Part shown: positions 48,823 through 63,115 of the stretch, piece by piece | Numbering within the stretch: the stretch's first letter is position 1 | Layout: each line of letters begins with the position of its first letter | Assembly: GCA_012295275.1 (NCBI GenBank) | Contig: CM022678.1 | Coordinates: 620,001-684,000, forward strand | Direction: 5' to 3' | DNA length: 64,000 nt | From: Chrysomallon squamiferum | Taxonomy: Eukaryota; Animalia; Mollusca | The notes under the pieces: model-generated | Database searches by the model: none | Told to the model about the DNA's origin: nothing | Seen by the model: the letters and a program-made list of their open reading frames with translations, nothing else | Translations under genes and position numbers: made by a program

Positions 48823-50022
48823 CTACAACGACGACGTTTGCTGTTTCACAGCGGTAACATTTTTAAATTTCACACAACACAGTCGTTTAAACAATCGAAT
48901 AGTTTGTTCGCGAAATCGAACGTTCAGCACTCCATAAATAATAGGATTCGCCGCACTATTTACAAAGTAGGAGCGGATGAATACATTAAAGGCGACCAGG
49001 GCGCCACCTTTTAAATCGTAGTCGAAGTTTGGGAAGAATGACCTTGCACCGATCAGACACAGAAAAGGTAAAAAGCTGAGAATGAAAACGAGGGTGATGG
49101 TGAAGCCAATAATCGTGGACTTCTCTTTCAGTTTATGACGTGATTTCAGCTTTTCACAATTCTTACTAATCCGAGTGTTACAGCCTTGACCTTCATTATG
49201 CTGACCTTCACAGGTTTCAGTATTACCAATGTGAGATATACCCTGCTCTGAATCAGAGGTCAATCGGAGGTCACTGGACGAACTTTCAAGAGAACAAACT
49301 GAACGTTTACCTAAATTTGTCTTTTCAATATCGGCTGATTTTTTGATGTATTGTCTGTGCTTTCTAGCAGCTGTACCTATCAGACTGTACAGCACGGCCA
49401 GGGTTATTGTGAGTATCACGAAACATACAGTAAGTATCGCATGGTAGGTCAGAGGATAAACAGTATTGGTCATACTGTCGCTGGTGGAGCAGTCCTTTCC
49501 CATAAGCCCCGGTACTTCCGTTTTTACCGTCCTGATTCCATTAATGAGAATGGCGGGCCAGCTGAAGAGAGTACCGGCAAGCAAAATGCAAATTATGGAG
49601 ATTTTTGCTTCCCTCAGTGTCATCTGAGTTTTCAGAGGTCGACACACTTTCAGGTATCTGTCGACAGCGATGACGACAAGAGTGGCTATTGACGTCATGC
49701 AGCACAGCGTGTTGATAAACCGCAGCAGTTTACAGGCGACCTCCGAGCGGAACGTGTAGTAGAACCTCATGTCGGCTATTTCTACTGGCATCGCGAGCAG
49801 GGAGCTGAGCAGATCAAACACAGCCAGGCTCGTGATGAGGAAATTCTGAGTTCCTCTCTTCATGTTGGTGATGAACACAACACAGACTAAAACATTTCCC
49901 AGCACGCCGAACACCATCATGACGCCCACGTACACCATGGCGGGAATCAGAGTACGAGCTATGCTGTCGTTGACGTCGTACAAGTCTTGATCACTGAAGT
50001 TCTTTGTTTGCAGATGTGTCAT
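48823..50022 (-). CDS. Class A (rhodopsin-like) GPCR, intronless, peptide-receptor/CCK-receptor-like orphan (copy 1)
   Basis: 399-aa ORF with GN (TM1), LAVFD (TM2), ECL1-TM3 Cys, DRY, FILSFLP and NPIIY. Confidence 0.93.
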   Translation of the reverse strand: MTHLQTKNFSDQDLYDVNDSIARTLIPAMVYVGVMMVFGVLGNVLVCVVFITNMKRGTQNFLITSLAVFDLLSSLLAMPVEIADMRFYYTFRSEVACKLLRFINTLCCMTSIATLVVIAVDRYLKVCRPLKTQMTLREAKISIICILLAGTLFSWPAILINGIRTVKTEVPGLMGKDCSTSDSMTNTVYPLTYHAILTVCFVILTITLAVLYSLIGTAARKHRQYIKKSADIEKTNLGKRSVCSLESSSSDLRLTSDSEQGISHIGNTETCEGQHNEGQGCNTRISKNCEKLKSRHKLKEKSTIIGFTITLVFILSFLPFLCLIGARSFFPNFDYDLKGGALVAFNVFIRSYFVNSAANPIIYGVLNVRFREQTIRLFKRLCCVKFKNVTAVKQQTSSL

Positions 50023-50195
50023 TTTGTTGTTTTATTACGTAATATACAACGTAAAATATGTTGTGACGTAAGAAATGTCTCGGTAACTGATAACAATTAC
50101 ATGACGATTACCTTCTTCTAAAAAAAATAATAAAATAAAATAGACTAAAATAGAAATACGAAATATATAATACAGAAATAAATACATAAACTATT

Positions 50196-50289
<94 letters not shown>

Positions 50290-50421
50290 AAAGGATAAAA
50301 AATACAATATAATCAGCATCAACAATAACCTGTTTGTTTGTTATCTGCTTATCTCACGTTTGCTGTTATACTATTATACGTATGTATTTACATGCAAAAC
50401 ATGTACATGCATGATACCACA

Positions 50422-50461
<40 letters not shown>

Positions 50462-51665
50462 GTCGCCTTACCTGCACAAAAGTTGAGAAAAGAGCGATCA
50501 GATATAAATATTTTTAGACACGAATACTGCGACTTTATTCACGACAGCACACGAGATAACGGTACATGAAGTCAGTTACTCCACACGCAGCGATACAATA
50601 CGTCAAGTTACTCCACACGTAAGGTTATTAATTACACTGGTGACCTAGAGAGGAAGCTACAGCGCTCAAGATTCATAAAATTACGTTAATATTTCCTGAA
50701 GCAATATATATATAAAATTTCTTCTCTCGCTATTATTTACCTAACCACAAGAGAAAAAAAGATTATTTTTTTTTGTTCTGTGTTTAGTAGGACTTTGACC
50801 AAGTTTACACTGGTGTTTTCGGTTGTAAGCGAAACAAACTTGAGATACCTGTTGATTTTTATCTGTCTTTATGTCAGTTTTTGTGTGAGTTAGAATGGAT
50901 CCCGTTTTGTCGTTTGTTTGAGTGGTACAGAATAACGACTTTATTGTTGGAGATAAAAAGATTATAAACACCATTCAAAACAAACGCGTGAATCGACGTG
51001 TATGGGATACTACACGTTCAATGGAGATTATCCAATCGGAACAGAAATATTTGTAATTAACAGAAGTGGTAAATGTTTTAAAAAGTCTTACTGATTACAT
51101 TATTGTTATTTTAAACTATATTTAAAATATTTATTTTTATGATTATTATGATTATTATTACTGTTGTTGTCATTGTTGTTGATGTTCTTGTTGTATTTCT
51201 TTTGTTCGTTCGTTTTTCTTTCTTCTTTCTTTTTTTCTCTCTTTCTTCTTCGTCTTCTTGTATTTATTTATTTACATATCTATTTTATTATTGTTGAATA
51301 AATCTTCCAGCGCAGAGACTGAGTCCTAGTGAAATACACCCAGACTTGGGTCTGCGTTCTACAGACAAAAGAAGAAGAAAACAAAGTCTTGTCAACGACT
51401 TCATAAATAAAAGATATAAACAAAGAAAATAATGAATAAAAAAAAAAAACACCTAAATAAATAAATAAATAAATTAATTAATTAATAGCTGTCAAGAGAA
51501 TAACGTTCACTGAGAAGATTCGACCTCGCACTCTTTAATTCTGGGACGTTCACTGTACAAAAGCTACGAAGCTCTTTTTAGAAACAAATGCAAGGGTGGA
51601 GTTAGTTTATTTCAATACCAGCATCTCAAACGATATCCGGTTAAACATTTTTTCAATATTCCCAT

Positions 51666-51734
<69 letters not shown>

Positions 51735-51987
51735 AAAAACATCCGTAACTTTGTTTAACGTAAGTTTTATATAAACCTGTACACACAACAATTATTTACA
51801 CAACAAAAATAGCCTAATGTTGTGTTTTAATAAATACACATGCTACTAGCGCCATCTACAATACACGATTCTCACTCAGGATTCTTTATATTTGAGAAAC
51901 ATAATATTACGCACACACATGAACGCGTGCTCCCACACGCACACGTATATATTGCACATTCATGTGTGTGTATGTGTGTGTGTGTAT

Positions 51988-52018
<31 letters not shown>

Positions 52019-52741
52019 AGATAGATTTTATGTTAATGTAAATTATTCGAATTTTTCAGTCACACGACACTTAGTTACAATAAACGAAGATAAACCGAGC
52101 CTGTACAATATTCATATATGCATGGAAACATAACAGTAACGTGTTGGAAAACGTGTGTGTATGAGAAACATTCAGATATCTGTGCAATGTTCAAACGTGT
52201 ATGAAGACGTGTGTAATATTTATGCATATTAAAAGGCATGCGATATTTATGTGTAAATATTTTACGCGTATGAATCCAGTCTGTAATAATCATGTGAATA
52301 AAAACGTATAATATTGATGTTTATGAGTAACATTCACATGTGTGTGTGTGGAATAAGTTTGTAATGACTTGTGCGTATGTGTGCTTGTTTATCTGTGCGT
52401 AATATACATGAAAAACCTGTATCACATATATACGTATAACGTTCATATGTCATAATCTGTATATGACGTCACGCTACCACTGATGAATTCAAGTGCGTCA
52501 TATTGTTTTACGGTTTGTAAGAAATACAACAAAACCTGAGATGTTCGTACGAGACAAGAAACACTGTAATTGTCTCTTTCTCGGCCACGCACACACATGC
52601 GCGTCTTCATGAAAACACGTGAGCAGACTTTGTAAAAACAGTTGTACGTACTTCAGTTCTTTGTGTTTTTAATCGTCAACAGCTTGCTGCTGTGTAAATA
52701 AACCCAGTAAATAAATTAAACAATATTCGCTGCTGATGCAT

Positions 52742-53932
52742 TCAGTAGTGAAATGTTCTTTTCAGTAAATCTAAACACGCCTCTCGGAAGCGCATATTCA
52801 TAGCCCCATAAATAAAAGGATTGGAAACACAGTTGAACAAGTACGAGCGGATGAGGATGTTGGCGATGAAGTCTTTCTCCCACCTGTAATCAATGAACAC
52901 CGACGTGATGATGAGAAACAGATACGGCATAAAGCTCAGCACGAAAACAGCGGTGACGGTAAACCCAATGAGCGTTGTCCTTGATTTTAGTTTGTAGTAG
53001 GCGCGCTTGTTACGTTTCGTTTGCTCTCCTTCTTCTTCTTCTTCCTCCTCCTCCTCCTCTTCGTCAGAGTCCTTCGGCAGCTGCATCTTGTTGGGAATGG
53101 GCGAATTCGTGCGCAGCATGATGCACCGGTGTCGTTTGATCGCCAGGCCGATCATCGCGTACATCACGATGAGGCTCGTGCCGAACACGACGAAGAAGGC
53201 CGCCATCAGGCCGTTGTAAAAGAGGAGAAACGTGTCATCCGCCGTCGTGGCACAGTTCTTCCCTTTGAGCCCGATGACTCCAGTCTCGATTCTCTGCAGC
53301 CCGTAGATGAACGGCGAGGGTGAACTGCAGAGCAGCGCCATGCACAGCGACACCACGACCACGTTCCTCGCCTCCCTGCGCTGCCACTGCTGCTTCAGCG
53401 GCCGGCAAATCTTGATGAAGCGGTCGATGGAGATGCCCAGCAGCAGACCCACGGACGTCTGCACGCACAGCGAGTTGACGAAGCGCCCAATCTTGCAGAC
53501 GACGACGGACGGGAAGGTGTAGTAGAACTGCATGTCGAGGATCTCCACGGGCATCGCTATCACGGACACAATCAAGTCTATGCAGGCCAGGCTGAGGATG
53601 AGGTAGTTCTGAGTGAGTCTGTACGTCAGTCGCGACATGAACACCACGATCACAATTCCGTTCCCGCACACGCCCAGCACCGTCAGGATGCCAACGTAGA
53701 CGATGGCGGGCATGAGGAATCCCGCCACTTCGTCGTTTAATTGGTTGATGAGGTCCAGGTCGGAATAATTTGACGTCATCGCTTTGCCTACGCAATAAAT
53801 TGAAAAATCTTTAATTCGTCTTTCTTTCCTTTTGTTATTCTTGTTGTTGTTGTTGTTGTTTTTTTGTTGTTGTTTTTGTTGTTGGTGTCGTTGATAAATC
53901 ACGGCGGCTTGAAACAAGCGAGACAGGTTCAT
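52742..53932 (-). CDS. Class A GPCR, intronless (copy 2, more diverged); start may be the ATG at 53779
   Basis: GN, LACID, DRF, FVLSFMP, NPFIY. MTSNYSDLDL aligns with the paralog N-termini; the upstream 51 aa overlap a microsatellite. Confidence 0.92.
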   Translation of the reverse strand: MNLSRLFQAAVIYQRHQQQKQQQKNNNNNNKNNKRKERRIKDFSIYCVGKAMTSNYSDLDLINQLNDEVAGFLMPAIVYVGILTVLGVCGNGIVIVVFMSRLTYRLTQNYLILSLACIDLIVSVIAMPVEILDMQFYYTFPSVVVCKIGRFVNSLCVQTSVGLLLGISIDRFIKICRPLKQQWQRREARNVVVVSLCMALLCSSPSPFIYGLQRIETGVIGLKGKNCATTADDTFLLFYNGLMAAFFVVFGTSLIVMYAMIGLAIKRHRCIMLRTNSPIPNKMQLPKDSDEEEEEEEEEEEGEQTKRNKRAYYKLKSRTTLIGFTVTAVFVLSFMPYLFLIITSVFIDYRWEKDFIANILIRSYLFNCVSNPFIYGAMNMRFREACLDLLKRTFHY

Positions 53933-54113
53933 GTTACAAATATTTTACATCTCTTCTCTTTCTTTGTCTTCAAACAACTAAATGTCCGTGATCGAGTTTT
54001 GGGACCCCTTTCTGAAACAGACAAACCATTTTAAAATAGTAGCAACAACAGCAGCAGCAGCAGCAACAACAACAAATAGCAACAACAGCAGCAGCAAGAA
54101 CAGCGAGACAGAC

Positions 54114-54206
<93 letters not shown>

Positions 54207-54310
54207 AGAGACAGACATCCAGTAAGAGACACGTACATATACACATACACAGATAGAGGCACAGAAATAGTCCAATGGACAGAGACACACAAACAGAGAG
54301 AAAGAGGTTA

Positions 54311-54368
<58 letters not shown>

Positions 54369-56391
54369 TTAAATGAGCGAAAAACTGGAAATACGCTGAT
54401 AAGTAAAATTAATGAAAGAAATACAAATAAACAGAAAGAAAACTCAGTAAATCAAAATTTAGTTTGGCTAGTTATGATTCTACGAAACTGAAAGGTTTAT
54501 CTGGTCAAGTGTTTTCAAAGTTAATGCTGTTGTATAAAAATATACTGATTTATTCTACAGAGTTAACCCTATGCACAAGCGGCTAGAAATACGGACAAAC
54601 AAATAACAAAAGATAATAAACTGATTTATTTTAAAATTGTAGAATTAGTTTCTAAACTGATTTCAATATATAATTAAAAAGCACGTGTTAAATTTTATCC
54701 TGAACTGGGATAACACCGTCTTTGTCCATGTTTTCATTCACTCTTTGCTTCACATATTTTTCAGTTTGTTTTTTTACGTCAACAAAAGTAATAAATAGCT
54801 ACATTTTGTAATATATGTAATACAGGTATGCCTTGCTCATTTTCTGTCTCCGGCCAGCTTTGATGATGTATTATAAAACGACAATGACGACGACCATAAC
54901 GACTGCCACCACCACAACAGTGATGATGATGACGAAAAACCGTTTCGGTGTTGTTATGACGTTATTTTGTGAATATGTTAAAAAACAAAAAGACAAAAAG
55001 AAACCAAAAAAAATAAACATTGTATTCTAGAACGTTTTTTGTTAGTAATTGTGTAGTTTACTTAAGTCCATATTGTAAGTATATAGATTTACAGATTCAA
55101 ACATTCTGTAAGTAAATAAATCAATCTATTTGACTGATTTCTGTAATAAATTCTATCTATAATTAATTGTTATAAATGCTCATGCGTAGAAACTATTTCC
55201 TGTCATTAGGTCGACACGTGGCATTATCTTTTATTACATTATTTTTTCACAGTAATTTAAATATGTTTTAATACATTTTAAGTACCCAGAAATAATTTTC
55301 CAATAGCATAATGGTATATTCGAGATGTCAACAACTGTTCGGTGTAAGTTGTCAAGGTAATTGTAAAAACAGTGTCACTGAATTAATCAGAAGTAAAATA
55401 TCTTTACAAGGGCGGACACAGCCGAGTTTCAGAACGCACGTGATGCTCATACGCGAGCCAGTTCGGGCGTTTCCATACAGGGCACTTGATCGGGAATAAC
55501 TAGTAGTATTATTTTATATGTTTGATCAAGAATGTGCTATTTGCTCAATTAAATTATAAATAAATCTTTTCCTCCTACTTCAAATTGATATGTTTTATAT
55601 TTTACTCATTTTTCCAACGAGGACCGCAATGATGCTTTAACCTACCCGGTTCCGACGCACTAAAATAATGAACTGGAATACATTAAAAAGAAAATATTTA
55701 CCTAGTTTACAGTTAGTTGTACCAGACGCCATACTATACAACGTCATCAGAGAAATAGTCTACAGCTATATGACGTCATTACAAAGTTCCTATTATGGAA
55801 GATCTAACTAGGTCAAGTGCATATAAGCAGGTAAGGCAACAGCGCTGTTTTTAAAACTGACATCACAAAACCCGAACCTAAAATGACAACATTGACTCCA
55901 GCGCGGTGCACCCAGTTCAAAGTTTGTTCCACAAAATTTACTCTAGGTTGCCTTGTGTACGAAACTGTGTCTTGTCTTTTTACGTAAAGTTCCTTTAGCG
56001 TTAGCTCTATAAACTCGATTATGTCAGATTTGCATATAACTTCATTCAAACAAATAAATAAATAAATAAATAAATAATTTTTCTTCAAATTTTACTAACA
56101 TCATTAGTATTTTAACTACAGAAGCTCAGAATTTCACCTGAAGATATGTATCAAAATATATTTTTCTTTATTATTATTATTTTTATTATTATTATTATAA
56201 AATATATATATAAATATATATTTTTTTTTTTTAAATATTGAGTTTTAATCTGATGCTGTTTGAGAGAAATCTGTAGACGAGATTGTGTTGTTATTCATCC
56301 CGGAAGGGTGCACGTGCAGTATTTGCGTGAACAACGTTTCGTCGATGGCCGCGTAGTCACAACGTGGTCACGTTTTTCTATCCTTGGTGGT

Positions 56392-56459
56392 CAGTTTTGT
56401 AAATGAGTAGACATCACTTTTGTAAATGAGTAGACATCAGTTTTGTAAATGAGTAGACA
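56392..56459. repeat. Three tandem 23-bp copies (ttttgtaaatgagtagacatca[c/g])
   Basis: Directly visible. Confidence 0.85.
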
Positions 56460-56834
56460 GTTCTGTTCATGCTGACACTGAGCACTGCAGACTTATTTTG
56501 AAAGGGTTGAAAAATAAAAAAATATGACTCACTTTTAAATGTTGTTTGTTGTTTTATTTGTTGCTGTTGTTTTTTATTTTTTATTTTTTTATTTTTTTAA
56601 ACAATTATTGTTTTTAACAGTAACATATAAGAACAAAAGAAATTAATTCCTGTAATTAGCGATTGTTAATTAGACGCAGGATACTTAATATAAATGTTAG
56701 ACAAAACACATACATATAAACATATATATATATATATTAAAACAAATAAACACTCAAACAAAATTACAGTTTATTATTTTCATACATGACCTCATTATAA
56801 AATTCAAGATCAGCTACCTGTGTGTTACTACTGC

Positions 56835-56940
<106 letters not shown>

Positions 56941-56955
56941 ATTAATATATATATA

Positions 56956-58098
56956 TTATTGTGAAGAAGACTGTTCCGAATTTGGGGAACGAAATGTCAC
57001 ACAACAAAAAACTCGTTTTATCACTTTTAAACATTGTTCACGAAAACGGATATTGAGTACTCCATAAATGAAAGGATTCGCCGCACTATTTACAAAGTAA
57101 GAGCGTAGGAATATGTTGTAGGCAACCAGAGCACCGTCATTTAAATGATAGTCAAAGTTCGTCAGAAAGGCGCTAGTTCCCATAAGACACAGAAACGGCA
57201 AAAAGCTGCCCACGAAGACCAGTGTCACTGTGAAGCCTATCACTGTAGTTTTGTCTCTCAGTTTGTAACCGATCCGCGGTTTTTCCGATTTCGTTGAATC
57301 TCCACAACTTTCAGTAATCCCGGTTTCGACGTGCGGCAAGTCTGCCACTGATGACGTCATTTCTGCTGATGACGTAACGGAGGTCTGGTACGAACTGGAA
57401 GCTGGCATTGCTATAGTAGACGTCTTCCTCATGTAACGTCTGTGGCGTCTGACCTCAATGCCAATCAGAGTGTACAAAACAGCTAAAGCTACAGCTAACC
57501 CTAGGAAAGCCACCGCCAAAATTGCGTGATACAAACGAGGATACAGTGTGTGCTTGATACTGTCACAGTTTTTACCCACAATTCCTGGCACTTTAGTGTC
57601 CACAGTTCTGATTCCGTAGATTAATGGCGCAGGCCAACTGAAGACCACGCCGAGGACGACTGCGACACCTACAGAAATTTTAGCTTCACGAATCTGCATG
57701 TGCGTTCGTAGCGGCCTGCACACCTTTATGTACCTGTCCACCGCGATGGCCATCAGCGTGACGATGGACGCGATGGAGAAAAAGGCGTTGACGAAGCGTT
57801 CGAGTCTGCAGGCGAACTCGGAGCGGAACGTGTAGTAGAACCTCATGTCGGCTATTTCTACTGGCATCGCGAGCAGGGAGCTGAGCAGATCAAACACAGC
57901 CAGGCTCGTGATGAGGAAATTCTGAGTTCCTCTCTTCATGTTGGTGATGAACACAACACAGACTAAAACATTTCCCAGCACGCCGAACACCATCATGACG
58001 CCCACGTACACCATGGCGGGAATCAGAGTACGAGCTATGTTGTCGTTGACGTCGTACAAGTCTTGATCACTGAAGTTCTTTGTTTGTGTGGTTGTCAT
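56956..58098 (-). CDS. Class A GPCR, intronless (copy 3)
   Basis: 380-aa ORF with GN, LAVFD, DRY, FVGSFLP and NPFIY; paralog of copy 1. Confidence 0.93.
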   Translation of the reverse strand: MTTTQTKNFSDQDLYDVNDNIARTLIPAMVYVGVMMVFGVLGNVLVCVVFITNMKRGTQNFLITSLAVFDLLSSLLAMPVEIADMRFYYTFRSEFACRLERFVNAFFSIASIVTLMAIAVDRYIKVCRPLRTHMQIREAKISVGVAVVLGVVFSWPAPLIYGIRTVDTKVPGIVGKNCDSIKHTLYPRLYHAILAVAFLGLAVALAVLYTLIGIEVRRHRRYMRKTSTIAMPASSSYQTSVTSSAEMTSSVADLPHVETGITESCGDSTKSEKPRIGYKLRDKTTVIGFTVTLVFVGSFLPFLCLMGTSAFLTNFDYHLNDGALVAYNIFLRSYFVNSAANPFIYGVLNIRFREQCLKVIKRVFCCVTFRSPNSEQSSSQ

Positions 58099-59583
58099 TA
58101 CTGAAGATCGGTCTGTGTAACTGAGATTTCAGAAGTCAGAATTCACCGACTTCACGTTCAGTAGAGTCACGTGATTTGTGTCGTTCAAAGCTGATGTAGC
58201 CGTAGTTTCTCATTTTAATCTATTCTTCCTTTTTATTTTAACCTCCTCCTTTCTTTTTCATTTGTTTTCTTTCTTTTATTCACCTTTTCAGTTATTTTGT
58301 TGTCATGTTTTTTTTTTTTTTTTTTTTTTTCAGTTATGTTATGACTAATTTTCATACAAACTGACGAGAATTCAAAATGGCGGTGATTGAGTGACCTCAG
58401 TTTATTTGTTTCTGTCCATGATTCTCGTTCAGATCAGACGACAAATAAAAACAGTTTCTAAGTCGTGTGTTCCCAGTCACGTGCTGAAAGAAATAAAAAA
58501 AAACTAAATATGTAGTAGTAGTAGTAGTAGTTGTTGTTGTTGTTGAAAATAAAGAGGAAGGAAAAATAAATGAAAAATACAACGACAAAAACAACAACAA
58601 CAATAACAATAGTAATAGTGGTATTAATAATAGTGATGATGATGAAAATAATGATAATTATGATAGCAGCAGCAACAACAACAACAACACCAACACCAAC
58701 AAGAACGATAATGAGGAGAATGATTATAAAAAAAAAAAGGTGACAGTAACAAACAACAGCGGCAGTATGAACAACCACAGTGGCAACAGCTGCAATGTTA
58801 ATACTAAAATATCCATTACCTTTGTTTGATACGAGTGTATGTTTTCACTGTGACATTTCCGATTTGAAATGAGAAAAACGCTGCAACAAATAGACTGGAT
58901 AAAACAGACAACAAAACAAACCACTGACTAAACAGAATTAGAACGACCAAAGTCTTAGTCTCGTGAGTAATTCAACAGGTACAAAAGTCATTCTCCGTTT
59001 CATGAGAACAAACACATATTTATTTGGCAAACGTTTTAATTCATTCTTCAAAGTGAGCTGAAACCTGATATTTACAACACGATTGTTTTGTTTGAGTTGT
59101 CTGCCCTATGAACCATGCACGCTGTGACACAAAAAACAAATCCAAACCCAGAGTCCATACTTAAATTAACATAATATATCTATACTTAAACTAACATAAT
59201 ATATCTATACTAATACTAATACCAATACCAATACCAATACCAATACCAATACCAATACTAATACCAATACCAATACCAATACTAATACTAATACCATTAA
59301 TAGTAATAATACTAATAATACTAATACTAATAGTAATAATAATAATAGTAATAATAATAAATAATACTAATAGAATAATAAGAATAATAATAAGAATAAT
59401 AAATAGAAAAAGAATAAGAAGAAGAAGAAGGAGGAGGAGGAGGAGAAGAAGAAAGAATACATTAGAACAGGGATAGTCACTTTCTAGAAATTTATTTTGA
59501 TAAAATATAACAACAAAAAATCACTACCCCTCCAATATCTAATATTTTAATACCCGGTTTACGATAGTGAAGAAAACAGTATT

Positions 59584-59642
<59 letters not shown>

Positions 59643-59779
59643 AATACTACTGACACTACTGCTGCTACTTTTATTAATTTTCTTTTCTGTAAAACCTAAA
59701 GAGCCGTGATTTGGGGAAATTAGTTGAAATAGTAGTAGTAGTTGTTGTTGTAGCAGTTACTGTAGTAATAACATCATAA

Positions 59780-59812
<33 letters not shown>

Positions 59813-60289
59813 CAGCAGCAGTAGTAATAGTTATAATAACAGCGATAGGTGTAGTAGTAGTAATAGTGGTGGTATATATAATAGAAGTAGTAGTAATAGA
59901 AGTAATATTAGCAATAGTAAAACCAATGTTGATTACTATTAAAATATTTATTTCGTCGATTTAAGCGGTACAATAAACATTGTTACAACTGTTTTTCTTT
60001 TGAACTTGTCACCTACACAGACCTACGTAGTAAGTTCACTAATGTGTACAACATTGTGCTTGTTTTGACATTTCAATTGATATAGAGAGCAAAAGCTAAT
60101 AATAATCACAGACTCAGTGACGTCATCAAGCTTTGATGTTGATACATATTACTACATTGTTTCACTGTTTGATTTTCTGATTTATTTTATCAATCTATCT
60201 TTTTGCACAAATAAACAGACGCACAGACTTCAAATCAGACAGAAGAGAAGAATGTATTCCACTTGAACAAAAGAACAGCACTGACTCAC

Positions 60290-60760
60290 TCATATTATAT
60301 TGTATTATTTCTATATACTGTATTGTTAGGTAATATACTGTATATCTAAGTTATAGTCATATTGTATTATTTATATATACTGTATTGTTATGTAATATAC
60401 TGTATATCTAAGTTGTAGTCATATTGTATTTTTATATATACTGTATTGTTAGGTAATATACTGTATAACTAAGTTATAGTTATATTGTATTATTTATATA
60501 TACTGTATTGTTAGGTAATATACTGTATAACTAAGTTATAGTCATATTGTATTATTTCTTTATACTGCACTTCTTATGTAATATACTGTATAATTTAGTT
60601 TATAGTTGTATATTCTATTATTTCTATATACTGTACTTGTTGTTATGTAATATATTGTTTCACTTAGTTTATAGTCATATATTATATTGTATTATTTCTA
60701 TATACTGTACTTGTTGTTTTGTAATACATTGTATAACTTAGTTTATAGTCATATATTATA
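60290..60760. repeat. ~60-bp AT-rich tandem repeat
   Basis: atattgtattattt..atatactgtattgtta.gtaatatactgtata..taagttatagtc repeated about 7 times. Confidence 0.85.
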
Positions 60761-61074
60761 CTATACTACAGTATTTTACAAGTGATGTACTCTAAGTACG
60801 ATATATACAATGTATTATATTGCTGATTGTAAACTAGGTAGTACAAAGTATTATATAACAACTGCTATAGATAAATGACATAATATATGACTATAATTGA
60901 GTAATAAATATATTAGACAACAACAGAGTAGAGAAATAACGTGATACACAGCTGACTGTAAGGTTTCTAGTACAAAGTATTACATAACCCGAGGTGACAC
61001 AGTAGTTTCCTTTGTAGCAGCTCGCAGTATTTCAGGGAATCGTGTTTATTTTATAACTAATCCTTAAACGGGCG

Positions 61075-62457
61075 TATTAAGAATGTTACTTGGTGGTTAC
61101 TGTATTAAGAATGTTACTTGATGGTTACTGTACTAAGAACGTTACTTGATGGTTACTGTACTAAGAATGTTACTTGATGGTTACTGTACTAAGAATGTTA
61201 CTTGATGGTTACTGTTCTAAGAATGTTACTTGATGGTTACTGTACTAAGAATGTTACTTGATGGTTACTGTACTAAGAATGTTACTTGATGGTTTCTGTA
61301 CTAAGAATGTTACTTGATGGTTACTGTACTAAGAATGTTACTTGATGGTTGCTGTATTAACAATGTTACTTGATGGTTGCTGTACTAAGAATGTTACTTG
61401 ATGGTTACTGTACTAAGAATGTTACTTGGTAGTTACTTGATGGTTTACCGTACTAAGAATGTTACTTGACGGTTACTGTACTAAGAATGTTACTTGATGG
61501 TTACTGCACTAAGAATGTTACTTGATGGTTACTGTACTAAGAATGTTACTTGCTGGTTACTGTACTAAGAATGTTACTTGATGGTTGCTGTATTAACAAT
61601 GTTACTTGATGGTTGCTGTACTAAGAATGTTACTTGATGGTTACTGTACTAAGAATGTTACTTGATAGTTACTTGATGGTTACCGTACTAAGAATGTTAC
61701 TTGACGGTTACTGTACTAAGAATGTTACTTGATGGTTACTGTACTAAGAATGTTACTTGATGGTTTCTGTACTAAGAATGTTACTTGACGGTTACTGTAC
61801 TAAGAATGTTACTTGATGGTTACTGTACTAAGAATGTTACTTGATGGTTACTGTACTAAGAATGTTACTTGATGGTTTCTGTACTAAGAATGTTACTTGC
61901 TGGTTACTGTACTAAGAATGTTACTTGATGGTTACTGTACTAAGAACGTTACTTGATGGTTACTGTACTAAGAATGTTACTTGATGGTTACTGTACTAAG
62001 AATGTTACTTGCTGGTTACTGTACTAAGAATGTTACTTGATGGTTACTGTACTAAGAATGTTACTTGCTGGTTACTGTACTAAGAATGTTACTTGCTGGT
62101 TTCTGTACTAAGAATGTTACTTGATGGTTACTGTACTAAGAATGTTACTTGCTGGTTACTGTACTAAGAATGTTACTTGCTGGTTACTGTACTAAGAATG
62201 TTATTGATGGTTACTGTACTAAGAATGTTACTTGATGGTTACTGTACTAAGAATGTTACTTGCTGGTTACTGTACTAAGAATGTTACTTGATGGTTACTG
62301 TACTAAGAATGTTACTTGATGGTTACTGTACTAAGAATGTTACTTGCTGGTTACTGTACTAAGAATGTTACTTGATGGTTACTGTACTAAGAATGTTACT
62401 TGCTGGTTACTGTACTAAGAATGTTACTTGATGGTTACTGTACTAAGAATGTTACTG
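61075..62457. repeat. 28-bp minisatellite (aagaatgttacttgatggttactgtact), about 49 copies
   Basis: Head-to-tail copies with no unique spacers. Confidence 0.95.
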
Positions 62458-62733
62458 TGAAAGCGAGAGGATGTTTATGGGTTTCTACAGATTTTCTTCG
62501 TCTCGTTTCGTCTACTGAGCTGCTGTATAGGTTTAAAAAAAAAACATTTACTTGTTGAGTAAGAACACGAACTTGTAAGATGATATTAACAACACGACTG
62601 TTCTGTCTCGGTTGTCTGCCCTTTGAACCTGTCACACAAACCCGATCCGTCTTAATCCTACCGTGACTCACTTAAAACCAAGAAACACGGATGTACACTT
62701 AGTGTACTGCTCAGTAATAGTAGTAGTAATATT

Positions 62734-62794
62734 AAACAACAACAACAACAACAATAATAATAACAACAACAACAACAACAACAACGATAATAAT

Positions 62795-62878
<84 letters not shown>

Positions 62879-63115
62879 AGTAATAATAATACGATAAATA
62901 AAGGTTGAGAAACAAGCAAAACAAAGTAATACGAGATCAAACAGAAACAACTAAGAACAGAGAGAGAACAGAGACAGAGAGAGATACAGACAGAGACAGA
63001 GAGAGATACAGAGAGACAGACAGAGACAGAGAGAGACAGAGACAGAGAAAGAGAGACAGAGAGACAGAGACAGAGAGATAGAAAGAGAGAGACAAAGAGA
63101 GAGAGAGAGATAGAA

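Noticed and set aside
51500-51575. tRNA/SINE-like B-box remnant on the minus strand (similar hint at 14588-14640)
   Set aside because: I could not build a cloverleaf and the boxes are imperfect; too weak to call.
53007-53795. Alternative-frame and antisense ORFs over GPCR copy 2
   Set aside because: They are explained by high GC3 suppressing stop codons and have no recognisable motifs.
61075-62457. 28-bp repeat array of CRISPR-like unit length
   Set aside because: Units are head-to-tail with no unique spacers, there are no cas genes and the context is eukaryotic; it is an ordinary minisatellite.
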